From Phoronis australis (lineage: Eukaryota; Animalia; Phoronida): a DNA stretch of 64,000 nt. A program made the translations under genes and the position numbers. The notes under the pieces were generated by a model. It saw nothing but the letters and a program-made list of their open reading frames with translations. It did no database searches and was not told the origin of the DNA. Numbering within the stretch: the first letter of the stretch is position 1; every line of letters starts with the position of its first letter. Of this stretch, positions 48,684 to 61,662 are shown piece after piece. The stretch lies in the NCBI GenBank assembly GCA_002633005.1, contig NMRA01000238.1, positions 372,001 to 436,000 on the forward strand, given 5' to 3'.

Positions 48684-49548
48684 AGACACGTAAGCTGTAA
48701 CTCAAAGGAGTAGAAAGTTATGCTGAAGGTCTCAACAAGATCAACTCTGAGAAATAAGCAACTGAGGAGAAGAGATATACTGTGACTGTGAATTTCCCCT
48801 AGTCATTGTGTGTAGACATTAGACTTCCATGTTGTACCCATGACTGCACACTCTAGAACGATACATCTGCACTGGCAAACATGGGCCAAATAGACTTGGA
48901 CACTTGTGCGGTGTTACATTTTGGACTCGTTTCAACACAATATTGGAGTTAGCAGTCGTCTACTTCCAACTGAATGGTTTCAGGCAAATGAGGCTCGAAA
49001 AAATGCAAGATATTCTTTGGAGGAGTTGCTCTCATTACTGTTACCATGACGATTAATGTAAAATATTTGGTGGATGGTGTCAGGTTACATGGTGCACTGT
49101 TGTCATAGCAACGGGCCTTCTTGGTTTTGGTATTACTTTGTATAAAGTTGGATTAAGTTAGTTTCTTTTTTGTTGAATTGTGCAAATGTAGCTCACAGTC
49201 CTGGATACCTCCAATCTAATTTTCGTTTGAAGTCTTAAAATCATGTTAAAATCATTTAAAATATAGTAGCTCTGATTTTAGTATTTGTTGACTAAAAAGT
49301 AAAATAACTCCCTGTGCAATGTGGATGATGGACTTAGCAGCTGTTTTAACATTTACCCGTCTAGTTTTAGTGCCGTTTTAGGAACTAGTCCAACTTTGTG
49401 TTCTAACTGGATAGTGCATGCAATATTCTTCTTTAGAAACGAGTTAAATCATGAAGTAGATATTTGAATTGTTGGAGAGAAACTGAAACCACTTGTAGTA
49501 TTGAATTATGTTGTGATATCTGCTTGGCTTTGTAAGTCATACAGACTT

Positions 49549-49554
49549 ATTAAA
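49549..49554 (+). terminator. Probable eIF4G2 poly(A) signal (ATTAAA)
   Basis: ATTAAA with downstream gttgtgtg..tttt; strand composition flips about 50 nt later. Confidence 0.5.
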
Positions 49555-49591
49555 CTTAACAGTGAATGAATTTAAAGAAGTTGTGTGAATT

Positions 49592-49597
49592 TTTATT
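49592..49597 (-). terminator. Probable distal poly(A) signal of the minus-strand gene (AATAAA)
   Basis: TTTATT on + strand at the boundary where T/G-rich changes to A/C-rich sequence. Confidence 0.55.
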
Positions 49598-50527
49598 CCA
49601 GACAAGAGTCTCTATTGCACAAGTACCTACCAAAATTGTTTACAAAAGTAGTTTTATACAAAGCTTACAAAAGTGCAAAAGCCCTACAAAGGAGTAGATC
49701 CAGCAATGACAATAAATAACACCGTACAGCAATATTTGTTACACACATCTAAAAGCAAACACTCTATTCCTGATAACTTTGACCACAGTCTGGTAAATAT
49801 ATGTCATTCACAATTACCACATTAGATTGCACCTCCAATTAAGCTAATTTCAGAAAGTTTGCGAAATAAAATAGGTATGCCATTAGATTAAAACGGGAAT
49901 CTGAGAATATTTTAACATAAACACTCGGGAGATGAAAGAAACGTCTACGGGCAATAAACCAATGAATTCTGTATTAAAAGATTTTTTCTTAATTTAGGAC
50001 AATACTGTCACAAAATCTGCGTCTCATTCAGAAATGAGTTTTGGGTTTGAGAAGAACTTGTTGGTTCAGATGGGTATATTGAGTTGATAAACGCATAGGT
50101 TTAGTTCCGAGACAATTTTGTCTGGGAATTTCGGGCAATGTATTGCAACAAATTTTAATCCAAACGGGATAAAAATGCAGTGATAAAGCTCTGGTAGTTA
50201 CTACACAGGCGAAAAAAGATGACGTTTTAAGCACCAGCGTATGGTTTATGGCGACTTTAAAAACTCCTGCACAACCTCTGACGAGTTGAAATGAGGAGTT
50301 TTCTATTGCTCCTTTTATTTAGAGTTTCACAATGAACTGCCTGACCACATGAACCACGAACTTGAGAATCAAGTCACTCTACACTTCTCTTGTGGATACT
50401 GATAACTTGACACCCACAAAACATCGCAAGCAAGCGTCTAATGGAAAACTATAGAATAAGTGAACTGAAATCAGCAATGATCTATCATCTTGGAAACTAA
50501 CAATGTGAAACTTATCTGGCTCATCAA

Positions 50528-50667
50528 TGGTCAGGATAACCAGGCGTGGTCAGGATAACCAGGCGTGGTCAGGAAAACCCGGCGTGGTCAGGATAACCAG
50601 GCGTGGTCAGGATAACTAGGCGTGGTCAGGATAACCAGGCGTGGTCAGGATAACTAGGCTTGGTCAG
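50528..50667. repeat. 19-bp tandem repeat (TGGTCAGGATAACCAGGCG) x7.4
   Basis: Tandem units with no spacers; in the inferred 3'UTR of the minus-strand gene. Confidence 0.95.
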
Positions 50668-51930
50668 AAACGTGATTCAAAATGGTGACTGTTGATAGCA
50701 TGCTTATCAATATCAATTATTATATGACAGCATTTTTGCATATACCACAGTCTCACCCAGGCTGTGGGAACAGAAACTCTGACCAACCCTGAACCACACT
50801 ACAGTACAAAACATTTATTTTTGTCAACATCCCTCTGACCAAGGGTTATCAGACTACACGAGTATATACAAGGTTGTCTTTTACACAACCCTACAGCTTT
50901 AACAAAACTTAACAAATGACAACTTAACAAATACAGGCAGCTCACTTATAAATTATTAAACGATCTAAAATCCATTTCAAAGCCATGGCCACTCATCTCA
51001 GCATTTTTTCTACATATACACCTCCAGTCGAGAAGTTTGAACAAGCAAATGGAATCTTCATCACCCTTTCTTAATTAACTTCTTAAGTATATACAGTAGA
51101 CTGATAAACTTTGATAATTTTGTACCTTTGATAGTCAAGGAATCTTTTAAGTGCAAAAAAATAATGCCCAAATTTTATGTAATCACAAGACATGCATTTT
51201 TTTTTCTTGAAACTTGCAAATTTTAATTGTTTAGTGTATTGGTGTGTGGGATGTTCTTTTGGTACCTTATAGCCAGAGAACTTCGCAGTCAAAAACGAGG
51301 ATGTGAACATTACTTGAAGAAAATGGAAGTCAAAACTTTTGCCAGTCAAGATCTCAGGCTGCAAGAAAATGTCCAACACACTTATGTAGCTAATTGAACA
51401 CAAAAACATAATTTGCGAGTGTCATATTAAAAAGTGGGATTTTTTGTAAGATTTGGTAATCTCCATCAAAAGCCATGTTTTTTTAGAAAAAAAACACATC
51501 ATTCTGCACATTACTTTCGTGCACATAGTAAGATAGTATGATCATTAAGGATTCTAAAATAGTTTTATGGGTATGCCATTAATACTTTAAACATTGTTTA
51601 AGAAATCTGATTCCTGGTAACGAAGGTATCTTATTACCTAACTATGACACATATAGCAGACGACACAACGTACTTTAAAGATGTCAAGATGGCTACCATC
51701 AACAACATCATACAGAATTATTAGACAAATTTACTATTTAAACCTTAGTATCTTTGAAATTTAATTCAATTTATCCATCAATGTTGTCATTTCTTATTCT
51801 TATTTTATGACAACATAGTCTGTTAAGTTATTTTTACATTGATATGACCTTGACATTATGAAGGAAAAAAACCGCAAACATGGAGGCTTAGCCAAACCAG
51901 AGCATCCACAGAACTAAATAGTTAAAGCCT

Positions 51931-52313
51931 AACTTTAACGGAATTCTGTTACTTTAGATGTATTAGGCTAATCACATAGTCCTAGCAAAGACTTAGTAAA
52001 ATAAGAAAACGAGAGTTCAATCACGCAAGTGTAAGCCCGTCAAATGATAAGTGAAGCTGCCTTTTTGTGCCATGTTGCGTCACCGCGAGATCCCAGCACA
52101 AACAAGAAAAGGTTGTATTGAATAGGGGTATGAATAGAACACCATTGCGTGCAGGTGTTATTCACAGCTGTTTGAATTAAAAGGTGATTCTCTCGGTGAC
52201 ATACACAAAAGCAAGCTAATACAGTTCCTTCCATTTGACAATTTATGGCACTAGTGGGCTAAAAGTGATGCTCTTAACATACTGTAGGAAGCAAATTTAC
52301 ATGTGTTACCATT
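51931..52313. repeat. Dispersed repeat, copy 2 (uninterrupted)
   Basis: Aligns with 10326-10609 and 11276-11385. Confidence 0.75.
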
Positions 52314-52328
52314 GAAGATGGGCTTTAA

Positions 52329-52519
52329 AGCTTCATTCGCAGCAGCTTACAAAGAAAGCTGAGTGAGAGTTTTCAATGACAGCCTGCCATCATGGTCGCT
52401 CATCTCTGAGACTCGTCTGCCACCTAGCGGCCAACTCACCAAAAATGGTGCCCAAGATGGTAGGCTGTCACTGAAAGGTCTTACAGAGATTTTGTATCGA
52501 ATTGTTTACAGCTGAAGCT
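52329..52519. mobile_element. Palindromic TTAA-flanked MITE with a central CTCF-like motif
   Basis: TTAA|AGCTTCA...TGAAGCT|TTAA; inner arms ttcaatgacagcctgccatcatgg and ccaagatggtaggctgtcactgaa. Confidence 0.75.
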
Positions 52520-53565
52520 TTAACAGCATAAGATTACATAAAATAGGTTACCAAGGAATCCACATTCTTTTTGTTTTGCTGACTATGTGGACAATATGAG
52601 TGTAATGATACATAGTACACTAAAGACTTGGTGATTTGGAGTTCAATAAATTCAACACCAAAAAACATACACTAATAACATTTTAAAATTCCTCAGAATT
52701 TACAAAAACAGCACATGTAAGGAGTAGTGTAGTAGTAGACAAAAATATTGGAGAGGAGGCTGAACTTATGGAAGACCTGAAGACTTAAATGCAATTACTT
52801 AGAATAGTAACAAGATATGCTATTTTTGTAGAAACAAAATATAACGTCAAATTTGCTTAATACGTTTAGACCAGAATATGGCAAAAATGGATACTCTTTT
52901 TTAGGGAGAATTCCCTGGTTGTAAAAAAGAGAGGGGAGATGTCCTCCTGTGCCCCCCTTGACTACACTCCTGTGTATAGCATGTTGAACAAATTAGTCCA
53001 GAGTCAAAGTATGGCTGAATGAGAAGACCAAAAATTGCCGTTTGGTTAAGGGGATCAGTCTTAAAAATCAGAAAAATAAACCACTACAGTATTGCTCCAG
53101 ATTTCAAAAAAAAATCTTTAAAAACCAGCACAGCTGAATGCAACAAAAATTTCAAAAGTGACGTGAATTACAACGTTCAACTCCTTGACAAACACAGTTT
53201 GTCTTGTGTGGCATTACACTACCTTGTATAAGCATGAATTAATGGACAAACGAAGACACGGCAAAGTACTCCCCAAGTGTAAGCTTCAAAATAAAGCCCA
53301 CAGACAGCACACAATTGCAATTCTATGTCGCTTCTACGTATTTCCCCCATCACTCAACCACGCAACATGTTTTTTTCCAAGTGAACTCTTCTCCTTATCT
53401 AAAGCACCCTATCTCTAAGTGGCGTATAATTGCAAACAATACCCGGTGTACTGAATAATTATTTGCTTTCAATAACTAAATACAACTCGTACTCAACTTG
53501 CATAGGTTGGCTGGCCATACCATTTTATAGGTAAATCAGACCAACAAGCAGATCACTGGGAGTTT

Positions 53566-53768
53566 CTAATGTATTGAGCTTCTATGCATGAGAGGTGGTG
53601 AGCTTTCCCTCGACACATCAGAACTCTCTCCACGAACATAGCTGCGAGAAAGTGAGCTGTCCCGTGAGGTGTCACCCTTCTTACGTCGTTGGAAAAGTCG
53701 CTTGATACTGCCACCTAGTGTTCTTGACTTCGACAGACTGGCATCATCATCCAAATGCTGGAGATTCT
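53566..53768 (-). CDS. Terminal coding exon of minus-strand gene
   Basis: tttctgcttcag|AG AAT CTC..; NLQHLDDDASLSKSRTLGGSIKRLFQRRKK..SIH then TAG. Confidence 0.8.
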
Positions 53769-56700
53769 CTGAAGCAGAAAGTGAACCAGAGTTAGTTCAA
53801 TGAAAATAACAGTAATTGACACTTATATGGGCCCTGCATTTTGAGAACCAGTTTTCTCCACTGAATAACAGGCATCAAACTGGTTCTCGAAGTGCAGGAT
53901 CCCTATAAGTGACCATTGCCGAAATTACACTAAAACATTGTTAATACTACTCGTGCTACTAGAAATTGCAATAATAACACAAACAAAACAGTAACAAACT
54001 AATATTGATAATTAGCAGTAACAAATTAATACCAATAAAAAATTATTGTTGCTGCCCGACTGCAGTTAAAACAAAACACACAATAAAATATAGGTTATCA
54101 GCAATTCACTGTGACACAAAGTTAATAATAAGTAATTAAGAAAAGGGGAAATTAATTGATCTTGACGTGACAATTCCATTTTGAAAGAATGTTATAAAAT
54201 CAGGCTCTTAACAACTGTCATAACAAATGCATTTACAAAGCAAGGTTAACAACCAACATGGCATTTCATGCGTCCAAGATCCACTCAACACCGCAAGGTT
54301 ATGTGAGGCCCATGAAAATTATCTAAGTTCAAAACATTATATCTCAGAAATGGGTGATCAGATTCATTCAGTTACTGACTATGCTTGATGCACTATTCTC
54401 TAAAATGCTATTAGGAAATGTATGAAACGAAAATGAACCGACAAATAAGAAAATCGTAGCAACTGTTTTCAAGACTTCATCTCAAGGATCAATATCAAAT
54501 CCATTTCTTTACGTTGATACCCATATCCTGCTGTGATTGTATCTTAAAGTTTTTTTTTCGTAAAATGACCACACAAGTAGCAAATTGGTATAAGGACAAA
54601 GTCAGATTCACAGGTTTCCTGCTTTCAGAAAAAATATGCTTTTCTTGGGTTGAATTCTGTTGTTTTGTATATACTGGGCACTTGGCTGAATGCACAGACA
54701 CAACATAACCTCAAATTGTGAGAAGCTTAACTGTAACTGAGCATGCACAAAAGCAGTGTTTTCTCCAACTGGCACACGCATTGTGATAATCATGTTACTC
54801 GAATGGCATTACATTCTCAAGCATAGTTACAACAGAAACCAGCTTAATCTATCTGTAAATTACATATTTCTCCACGAGACAATTTGATGCTTGAGAGATT
54901 TAAGTAAAACTTTATACTTTTTTTAAACTTATTCTGCAATTTCAAGGTCTGCAGTTTTGGGGGACTTTGTCCAATTGAAATTGAATGCCTTAACTAAGAA
55001 CAGTTACTAAACTTGAAATGCTGAGTGAAGCCGCTACGAACAGGTCTTCTGTCAAGAAGGTACCTTGACTCGGCAAGTGATTTTATTTGCTTCACAAGCT
55101 TACCCGGTACTTCTAAACTTAGTAAAAAACAAGCTGAGGGCAGTTTTATAACACAGTGCAAGAGATCAAAATTAGATTATAATCATTAGTATATATATGT
55201 AAGTAAGCACACAGTGGGATCAAAAATCCGAACTCAAAATCAAAATAAAAGTACATTAGGCGCCCATCTGATAGACAAGTGAAATTCTCTAATTTCAATT
55301 TTTGTAAATAAATCTTTCTGAATTTCAAATTACTCACAGACTCCCTTTTTGAAATAACCTGAATTGGGAGTTGTAACTTTCAGTCGTTGAAGGTAGATTT
55401 GAAATTTTCCTAGACATATAATTAATTAAATTTTTAACATCTCGTTCTTCAGTTACGCCAAAATACACCCAAATTTGAAAGTTCTAACAAGCTTATTGTC
55501 TAGTACAAGATCTGTTGATCAGCTGAAAAATCAGGAGTTAATTTTTTGTCAGAACGTGAGTACATAGCAGCTTCACTGATAAATTCACCAAAATGGCATT
55601 TCCCACTAAAATTATAGACCAAGCTGGATTACAGATTGGCAGTTGTTAATAAATAACTATTCACCAATTAGACGATACTGTCATGCAAACTTAGAATCCC
55701 AAAGATTTCCCACCACCTTCCTATCCCTTCCAAATTCTAGGGCACATTACTTACAAAACCATGTTTAAGTTAAGCTGTACAAGGAGAACAAAATGAAAGT
55801 AAACAAGGTACTGTGGTATAGAATTGTTAATTCAATGGAATGTGGAACAGGCATGGGGCCTAGAGGATCAATTAGAGTACAGTACACTTGTCAAAATGGT
55901 AGGTGTTAAACAGTACTTTCCCCAGAGTGAATGCAGACAAAGAATGTCTACATTAATGTGATAGGATACCTTTGTAACTTTTAAAGTTGCATTCTGCCAA
56001 CTCAATACTGGAGTTTTAAGTACTAGATAAGCCCACCTGATGAAACGCTCGCGGGCGTTTATTCGCTGTTACAACCTCTGGTGTCAGCTGTCCAGAAAGT
56101 GGGGCATTCATTTGGAAAAATTTCCTCAAAAGCCCACTCCCAGTCAATTTTTGTCACAACGATTCAATTTTGTGGAACATTTACCACTTATAAAGTTGAA
56201 CAAGGTGTTGGCGAACCTAGGCATTTATCAATATATAATTTAAGAACACAGTTTTAAGTAAAAAAATGTCAAAGTCAGCAAAACCATGACTCCGTTTACA
56301 AGCCCGCCTTTTACAGGCGTTTATTTGGTGTTACTTAAATGCCTGAAATTTTTCATTTTCCGAATACACGTCCATTGGCTTATCTACGGAAAATCCGGGT
56401 AATAGGATATGCCTTTTACTAAACGTACTCGTAGTATTTTTTACCATGATAGGAGTCTATTTCTGTTACCAACAGGAACATCGAAATAATCAGCAACTCA
56501 GAAAGAAAGCCTCAGATTAGTTGAACAGGCAAATTTGAAAATGGTGCATGTATGCATTGAATGTGATTAGAGTTGGTAATGGAAATGGAATACTAACGCA
56601 GTAAAGAATAAAGGAGATTGGTGTTATTGGAGTTTAAAAGCTTAATTTGATGTATGTTTTTAATCAGCAAAACCAGGCGAAATGCAGCTTTAAAGTATTA

Positions 56701-59700
56701 ATGCTAGACCCATGAAAATATATATTTCTAAAATCCTTGATAATCAGAGAATCTTATGAGCACAAAAGCAATGACTAGAAGGTCAATGTTAATTTTGTAC
56801 TTTTTGTAAAAACATGCTTTTTCATAGAGCGAAAAGATCGAAGAGTGTGTAACCAGCACGAACTTGGTTGCATCTCCAAATTTACATTGCGTGCGATACT
56901 GGATGAAGGAGGGCCAGAGACTATCCCGGTGCCTACCCTCTGACGTCACCACAGAAACAGAAACATAGAACGAAATTTTCCATAAGACAAATTTTTGCAC
57001 AAGATTTACAAATTGTGTTTCTTTGTAGTATTAGCTACAAAAAGATATCTGGAATTTTCATTTCAAGCATTTAAGCCGAAGAACTGTCAAAAATGAAGAT
57101 GCCAGTATTCATTGAAAAAAATTTTAAGTCTTGATTTTTGACAGCTGAGCTGCAATCGTTGATTACAAACAGTTGGACATTGCTTTCCTGGAAATATAAG
57201 ATTCTGTGATCACCAAAGATTTTTAAAAAATCATAGTTTTAATGTCTACTGTTAATACTTAAAAGTTAGTTATTAATAAAAAATTTGATACTAGGTATTA
57301 AAACAATAACTTTAATTCAAGACATGCAGCAATGTAGGAAAAATCAAAGTCCACAAAATCTGACAAGTGCGTTGGTATTCCTGAATAACAAGCATTTAAT
57401 CAAACAAACAGTCAAACAAATTATTAGACGGACAAACAAACAAACAGACAGACAAACAAACCAACAGACAGACAAACAACCAAACAAACAAACAATGAAA
57501 CAACCAAACAAAAAAGAAACAGAAAAAGAAACAAACAAACATGCTATGTGTAAAAAGAAAGTGCACTGTAGACAGTTCAGAACAGAAAAATGCAAGAGAT
57601 TTTCAACTCTAAACACAGATGAAAATATTTTTATAGAGTTTTACCTGCTTCGTTTTCTATGCCAGCTAAGAAATGACAATGAATGCAAAATGAATGCAGA
57701 AAACAAAAACAGACATTGTAGTGACTTGAAAGAGATTCAGACAATTTAAGATGAGTTTTGCAACAAAGCTCTATCTGGTTGGTAACTGATTCCATCAAAG
57801 GCCTCGGGCAAAATGTAATTTGACTTCAACCTCACATGCAGTAATATCTCATCAATCTCGGACAAAAATAATTGCCAAAATTGTCATTTTTCATGTTTCA
57901 AGGGCTTCTAACATTGTGGCTATTGACCACAATTTTGCGCAATTCTGTTCAATTGTAGCTACGGTACAGAGCTCCAAAAAGACAGAGAATTAATTTAGTG
58001 TGACAAATCTTTTATAAAATGGAAGAAAATAGAACTTCACTTGTTCGCCATATTGTGCCCTTAATTGGTGAGATTTTACAGTTACTCAAATAACTCGCAA
58101 GACAGTGAACCAATCTGTGCTTATTAAAAAAGGTTATCAGAATTGGTTCATGCAGCACCACACACACCAGCCTGACATGTACTTATGGGCAAAGAAACAA
58201 AGATGTGCGATATACAATCTCTATCTAGCAACCTAATCACAATGCATGCTTTTGACTTTGTAAAAATGGATACATGAAAAAACGAGACTCAGCTCTTTGT
58301 TAAATTGTTCAAATCATTAATACCTACAAGGAGAATGGTCTCGCCCATGTACAGACGAATACCAGAATGGAAATTTAAAGCTTTTCAGTTAACGCAGTCA
58401 GTAGCACTAGCTTATAGAAACACCAGCTTCAGTACACTTTTGGGAGAAGTGGGTTGTCCGTAAAAGTATTTTATAAATGTCTCACCAAAGTGACTATGAA
58501 AGTGAACACTGCTCTCAAGTACAAAAAATGTGACTTGTTATTACTCAAGGGCTAATGGCAATATCTCAAAAATTTCACATAAAAATAATTTCCAAATGGT
58601 CTTTTATAAATTTTCAAATTTTAAGGATTCTAACATTCTTGAAAATGTTCACAATTTCTTAAAACACCGTCTTTTAACCATTGGGTATAGAATTTAAAAA
58701 TTATAACTTAAAAGCGTTTTTATTCCATGCTATTCATATTTTATTGAAAACAAAAAAATGACGTTTGTCTTAAACTTGCGAGGAACTTACCGCGCATGTT
58801 TGAAACGCACAAGCCGTGACATAACCAATGCAGAGTACACGAGCTGTGAGGAATGGGTATCCAATTTACTATCTGTCCTCATATGGCGATATGCATCACG
58901 GGAAATTAAATTAATAAATAAAAAAACAGAAGTGCACTCGGGGAAAACAATGTAGCAGGGGTGATGATTCTAAATGCAAAATATGAATATTATAATAGTG
59001 TTATTGAGCTGGTAAGCATGCACTTCATGTTTGTGATGTGTGTCGACTGGAGTTTGTTTTGACTACTGACAATACAGGTCTTGATGTCTAAAGCTTCAAA
59101 AAGAGGATGATGGATGATATCAGCCTCTCCGTTTATTATTTAGTGTTCATTTCGAGACCTACCTGATGAGTGGGACTTATGGTTGGAAGGGGGTTTGAGC
59201 AGGTTGTCTTCTCGTATTCCACTGGATCGCTCAACACTGTGTGATCGAGGCTTTTTGTCCTTTGACCTGATGAATCGCTTTTTGAGGCCTTTGGCGAATG
59301 ACTTGTGCTTTTTGACATTATCTGCAGAAGCATGGAAAACAAAATAAACAACCAAAGTGACAACAAAATCATAAATCTTGTCCTCTATTAAGATTCAGGA
59401 GATTTCAAGTGCATTATGTTTACATGTCACCACATTATCTATGCCGTTGAGAAATTCGATGCACCCCACATTACACAACCACCCCTTTCTTGAGGCTCTG
59501 CTCCTGTTTAATAATGTATTCTCTGGAAGATGATGTATGATGTCATATATTTAACAGATAACAGTGCGATCAGTGAAGTTTACACATCATAAGACTCACT
59601 GGTGTAATTCTGGCCAATCATGCAATTCAATCCACAGATACAATACAGCACCCTATTCAATCCACAGATACAATACAGCATCCCTGTCCAAGATGAGTGA

Positions 59701-61400
59701 TACTATACGAGGATGGTTGAGAACACACACACACACTAATCCATGAACGGACCTTATAGATACCCTTCTGATAGTCTGGAGAGATAGAAGAGTGTGTTTA
59801 TCAATTTGCTCTATTGTGCCTATCCTCTCATTGTTATAGCAGCCATAAGTATTTCTCAACTTCCAACCAATCAGAATACTTGAATGTTACCTTCCAATAA
59901 ATTAGAATGTCCGAATGTTGCTTCAGTTTGTTGATCCTTGAGAAGCCAGAACCACCATGCATTAACAGTGCTACTGTTCGTATCACAAAGAAAGAGGATG
60001 CTAATATTATTTCCTAAATAAACAGTCACAGGCATCCAGCGATGTGTAAGTAAAGTAAATCTTTCACAAACCCTCATGCTCAAAGGGCAAACTATTAGAT
60101 ATTGTTTCTGCAGCATTAAGGAATGAAAGTTTTTGTTCACTTTGAACAGGACACTGGTCCAAAACACATAACTTCCCAACACAGCCAGCACTCATTTCTC
60201 CAGCCAAGTAGACTGAAGACATGATGGTCTAGTGCCTTGCACAAGGGGCATGATTATATGCCTGCAGTAGTCAGGAACTGAACCCACAACCACTTGGTAG
60301 AGGACACACCACACTCACCAGCAGCAACACGTGATGCATGACCACCTGTGGTGAACATATTCATAACACTGCGAAACTCACCACTCGGGGATTTGTCCGC
60401 TGATGACTGAGAGGTCATGGTATCATTTGGATTAGAGTCTAGGAAACTTTCGCCTGAATCATCTGGACCCTGCAAAGAGAATAGTTTAAACACACTGAGT
60501 ATGAATTCAAAACAGTAGCTTAGTTAATACTTTACTCAGTGCACATTACACTGTCATTCATGACAACAGAACAAGATGCAAAATTGAATGTAAGAGTTTC
60601 ACATTGAATTTTATAAGTAGCAACACAAAAGCTTTGCTCAAACATTAAGTTTGGGAAAAGAGCCTTTAACATTATTCTTTACAATCAACGCTACGAGTAC
60701 TTCCAACATAAGTGGCTAAGCATTGCAAGCAAGAGAACAAATTCAACCAGTAACAACAAAATTCAATCTTATTAACTGAGATTAACATTCAAATCTTATT
60801 TAACAACTGCAAGTGGCAAGATCAAGATAGTGCACAAATAACTCCGCAAGACAGAAACATATTAGACAAGATAACTTCTACAAAAGTTGAAACATATACT
60901 GACTCAGTTTATGATAAATTTCACCATTTATAACCATTTAACACAAACTACAAACATGAAGATGAGCAGTAACAGCTCACTAATTTAGAATGCAATATGG
61001 CTGACAGTTGAAAAGTTATTTTCCTCAATTTCGATATTTAGGTCCATGTATTGATATTTCAATCCAGGTTCCAGTGACTTTGGGATCTGGAACTATCTTG
61101 TGGACATAATGTTCATGGTTTTATTTTCTTGAAACCTGGAACCTCGAACACTGTTCCAGACTTCATTGATCCTATTCTCTCACTGCCCGACATGGACACT
61201 TAAAGCTGTTATACCAGATCCATACGTTTATTCTTGACACTGTTACTGACACTGTCAGAAAGTCATTTGATTGGTCAGCTGTGTTTTGACACTTGCCCCT
61301 CCCCCCTTCTACCATATTAATAATTAATAGTCTTGTGAATTAAAGAAGCCATTGAAATTATTTACGAATCTTACCAGTGACGTCCCATTAAACTGGCTAA
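53566..61400 (-). CDS. Unidentified gene, 5'-partial; Ser-rich C-terminus with polybasic motifs (possibly C2CD2/TMEM24-like)
   Basis: Exons 61400-61375, 60469-60382, 59321-59163, (57665-57645), 53768-53566 join in phase with canonical GT-AG: ..SQFNGTSLGPDDSGESFLDSNPND..KSPSDNVKKHKSFAKGLKKRFIRSKDKKPRSHSVER..SRTLGGSIKRLFQRRKKGDTSRDSSLSR..SSIH*. Confidence 0.75.
54297..54710. mobile_element. Kolobok-like non-autonomous element, copy 2
   Basis: GGTTATGT...ACATAACC TIRs with degenerate TTAA flanks; similar to 6951-7447. Confidence 0.55.
56694..57259. mobile_element. MITE with ~100-bp imperfect TIRs and TTAA-type flanks
   Basis: AGTATTAATGCTAGAC..AAAATCCTTGATAATCAGAGAATCTTAT is inverted as ATAAGATTCTGTGATCACCAAAGATTTT..GTCTACTGTTAATACT. 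Confidence 0.7.
57400..57540. repeat. Degenerate (ACAA/ACAG)n microsatellite
   Basis: Low-complexity tetramer run. Confidence 0.85.
57645..57665 (-). CDS. Candidate 21-nt in-frame microexon (AGIENEA)
   Basis: ..cattttgcattcattgtcatttcttag|CTGGCATAGAAAACGAAGCAG|gtaaaa; phase 1/1 matches the flanking exons. Confidence 0.6.
59163..59321 (-). CDS. Internal exon of minus-strand gene
   Basis: cttctgcag|AT AAT..TCA G|gtaggt; DNVKKHKSFAKGLKKRFIRSKDKKPRSHSVERSSGIREDNLLKPP. Confidence 0.82.
60382..60469 (-). CDS. Internal exon of minus-strand gene (alternative donor extends it to 60319)
   Basis: tctctttgcag|GGT CCA..AGT G|gtgagt; GPDDSGESFLDSNPNDTMTSQSSADKSPS. Confidence 0.78.
61375..61400 (-). CDS. 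Candidate 26-nt microexon (xTT-SQFNGTSL)
   Basis: ctgattttcatttcag|TTAGCCAGTTTAATGGGACGTCACTG|gtaaga; ends in phase 0 as the next exon requires. Confidence 0.6.
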
Positions 61401-61435
61401 CTGAAATGAAAATCAGCACAACTGGATCCAGGTTC

Positions 61436-61662
61436 CAGTGTGAACATGACCTGGAATATTGTATTGCAGCTTGCAGTGTGTATGTGACCTGGAATATTGT
61501 ATTGCAGCTTGCAGTGTGTACGTGACCTGGAATATTGTATTCCAGCAGTGTGAATGTGACCTGGAATATTGTACTGCAGCTTGCAGTATGTACGTGACCT
61601 GGAATATTGTACTGCAGCTTGCAATGTGAACGTGACCTGGAATATTGTATTGTAGGTTGCAG
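61436..61662. repeat. ~38-bp minisatellite (gtgacctggaatattgtattgcagcttgcagtgtgtac) x6
   Basis: Tandem units. Confidence 0.92.
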
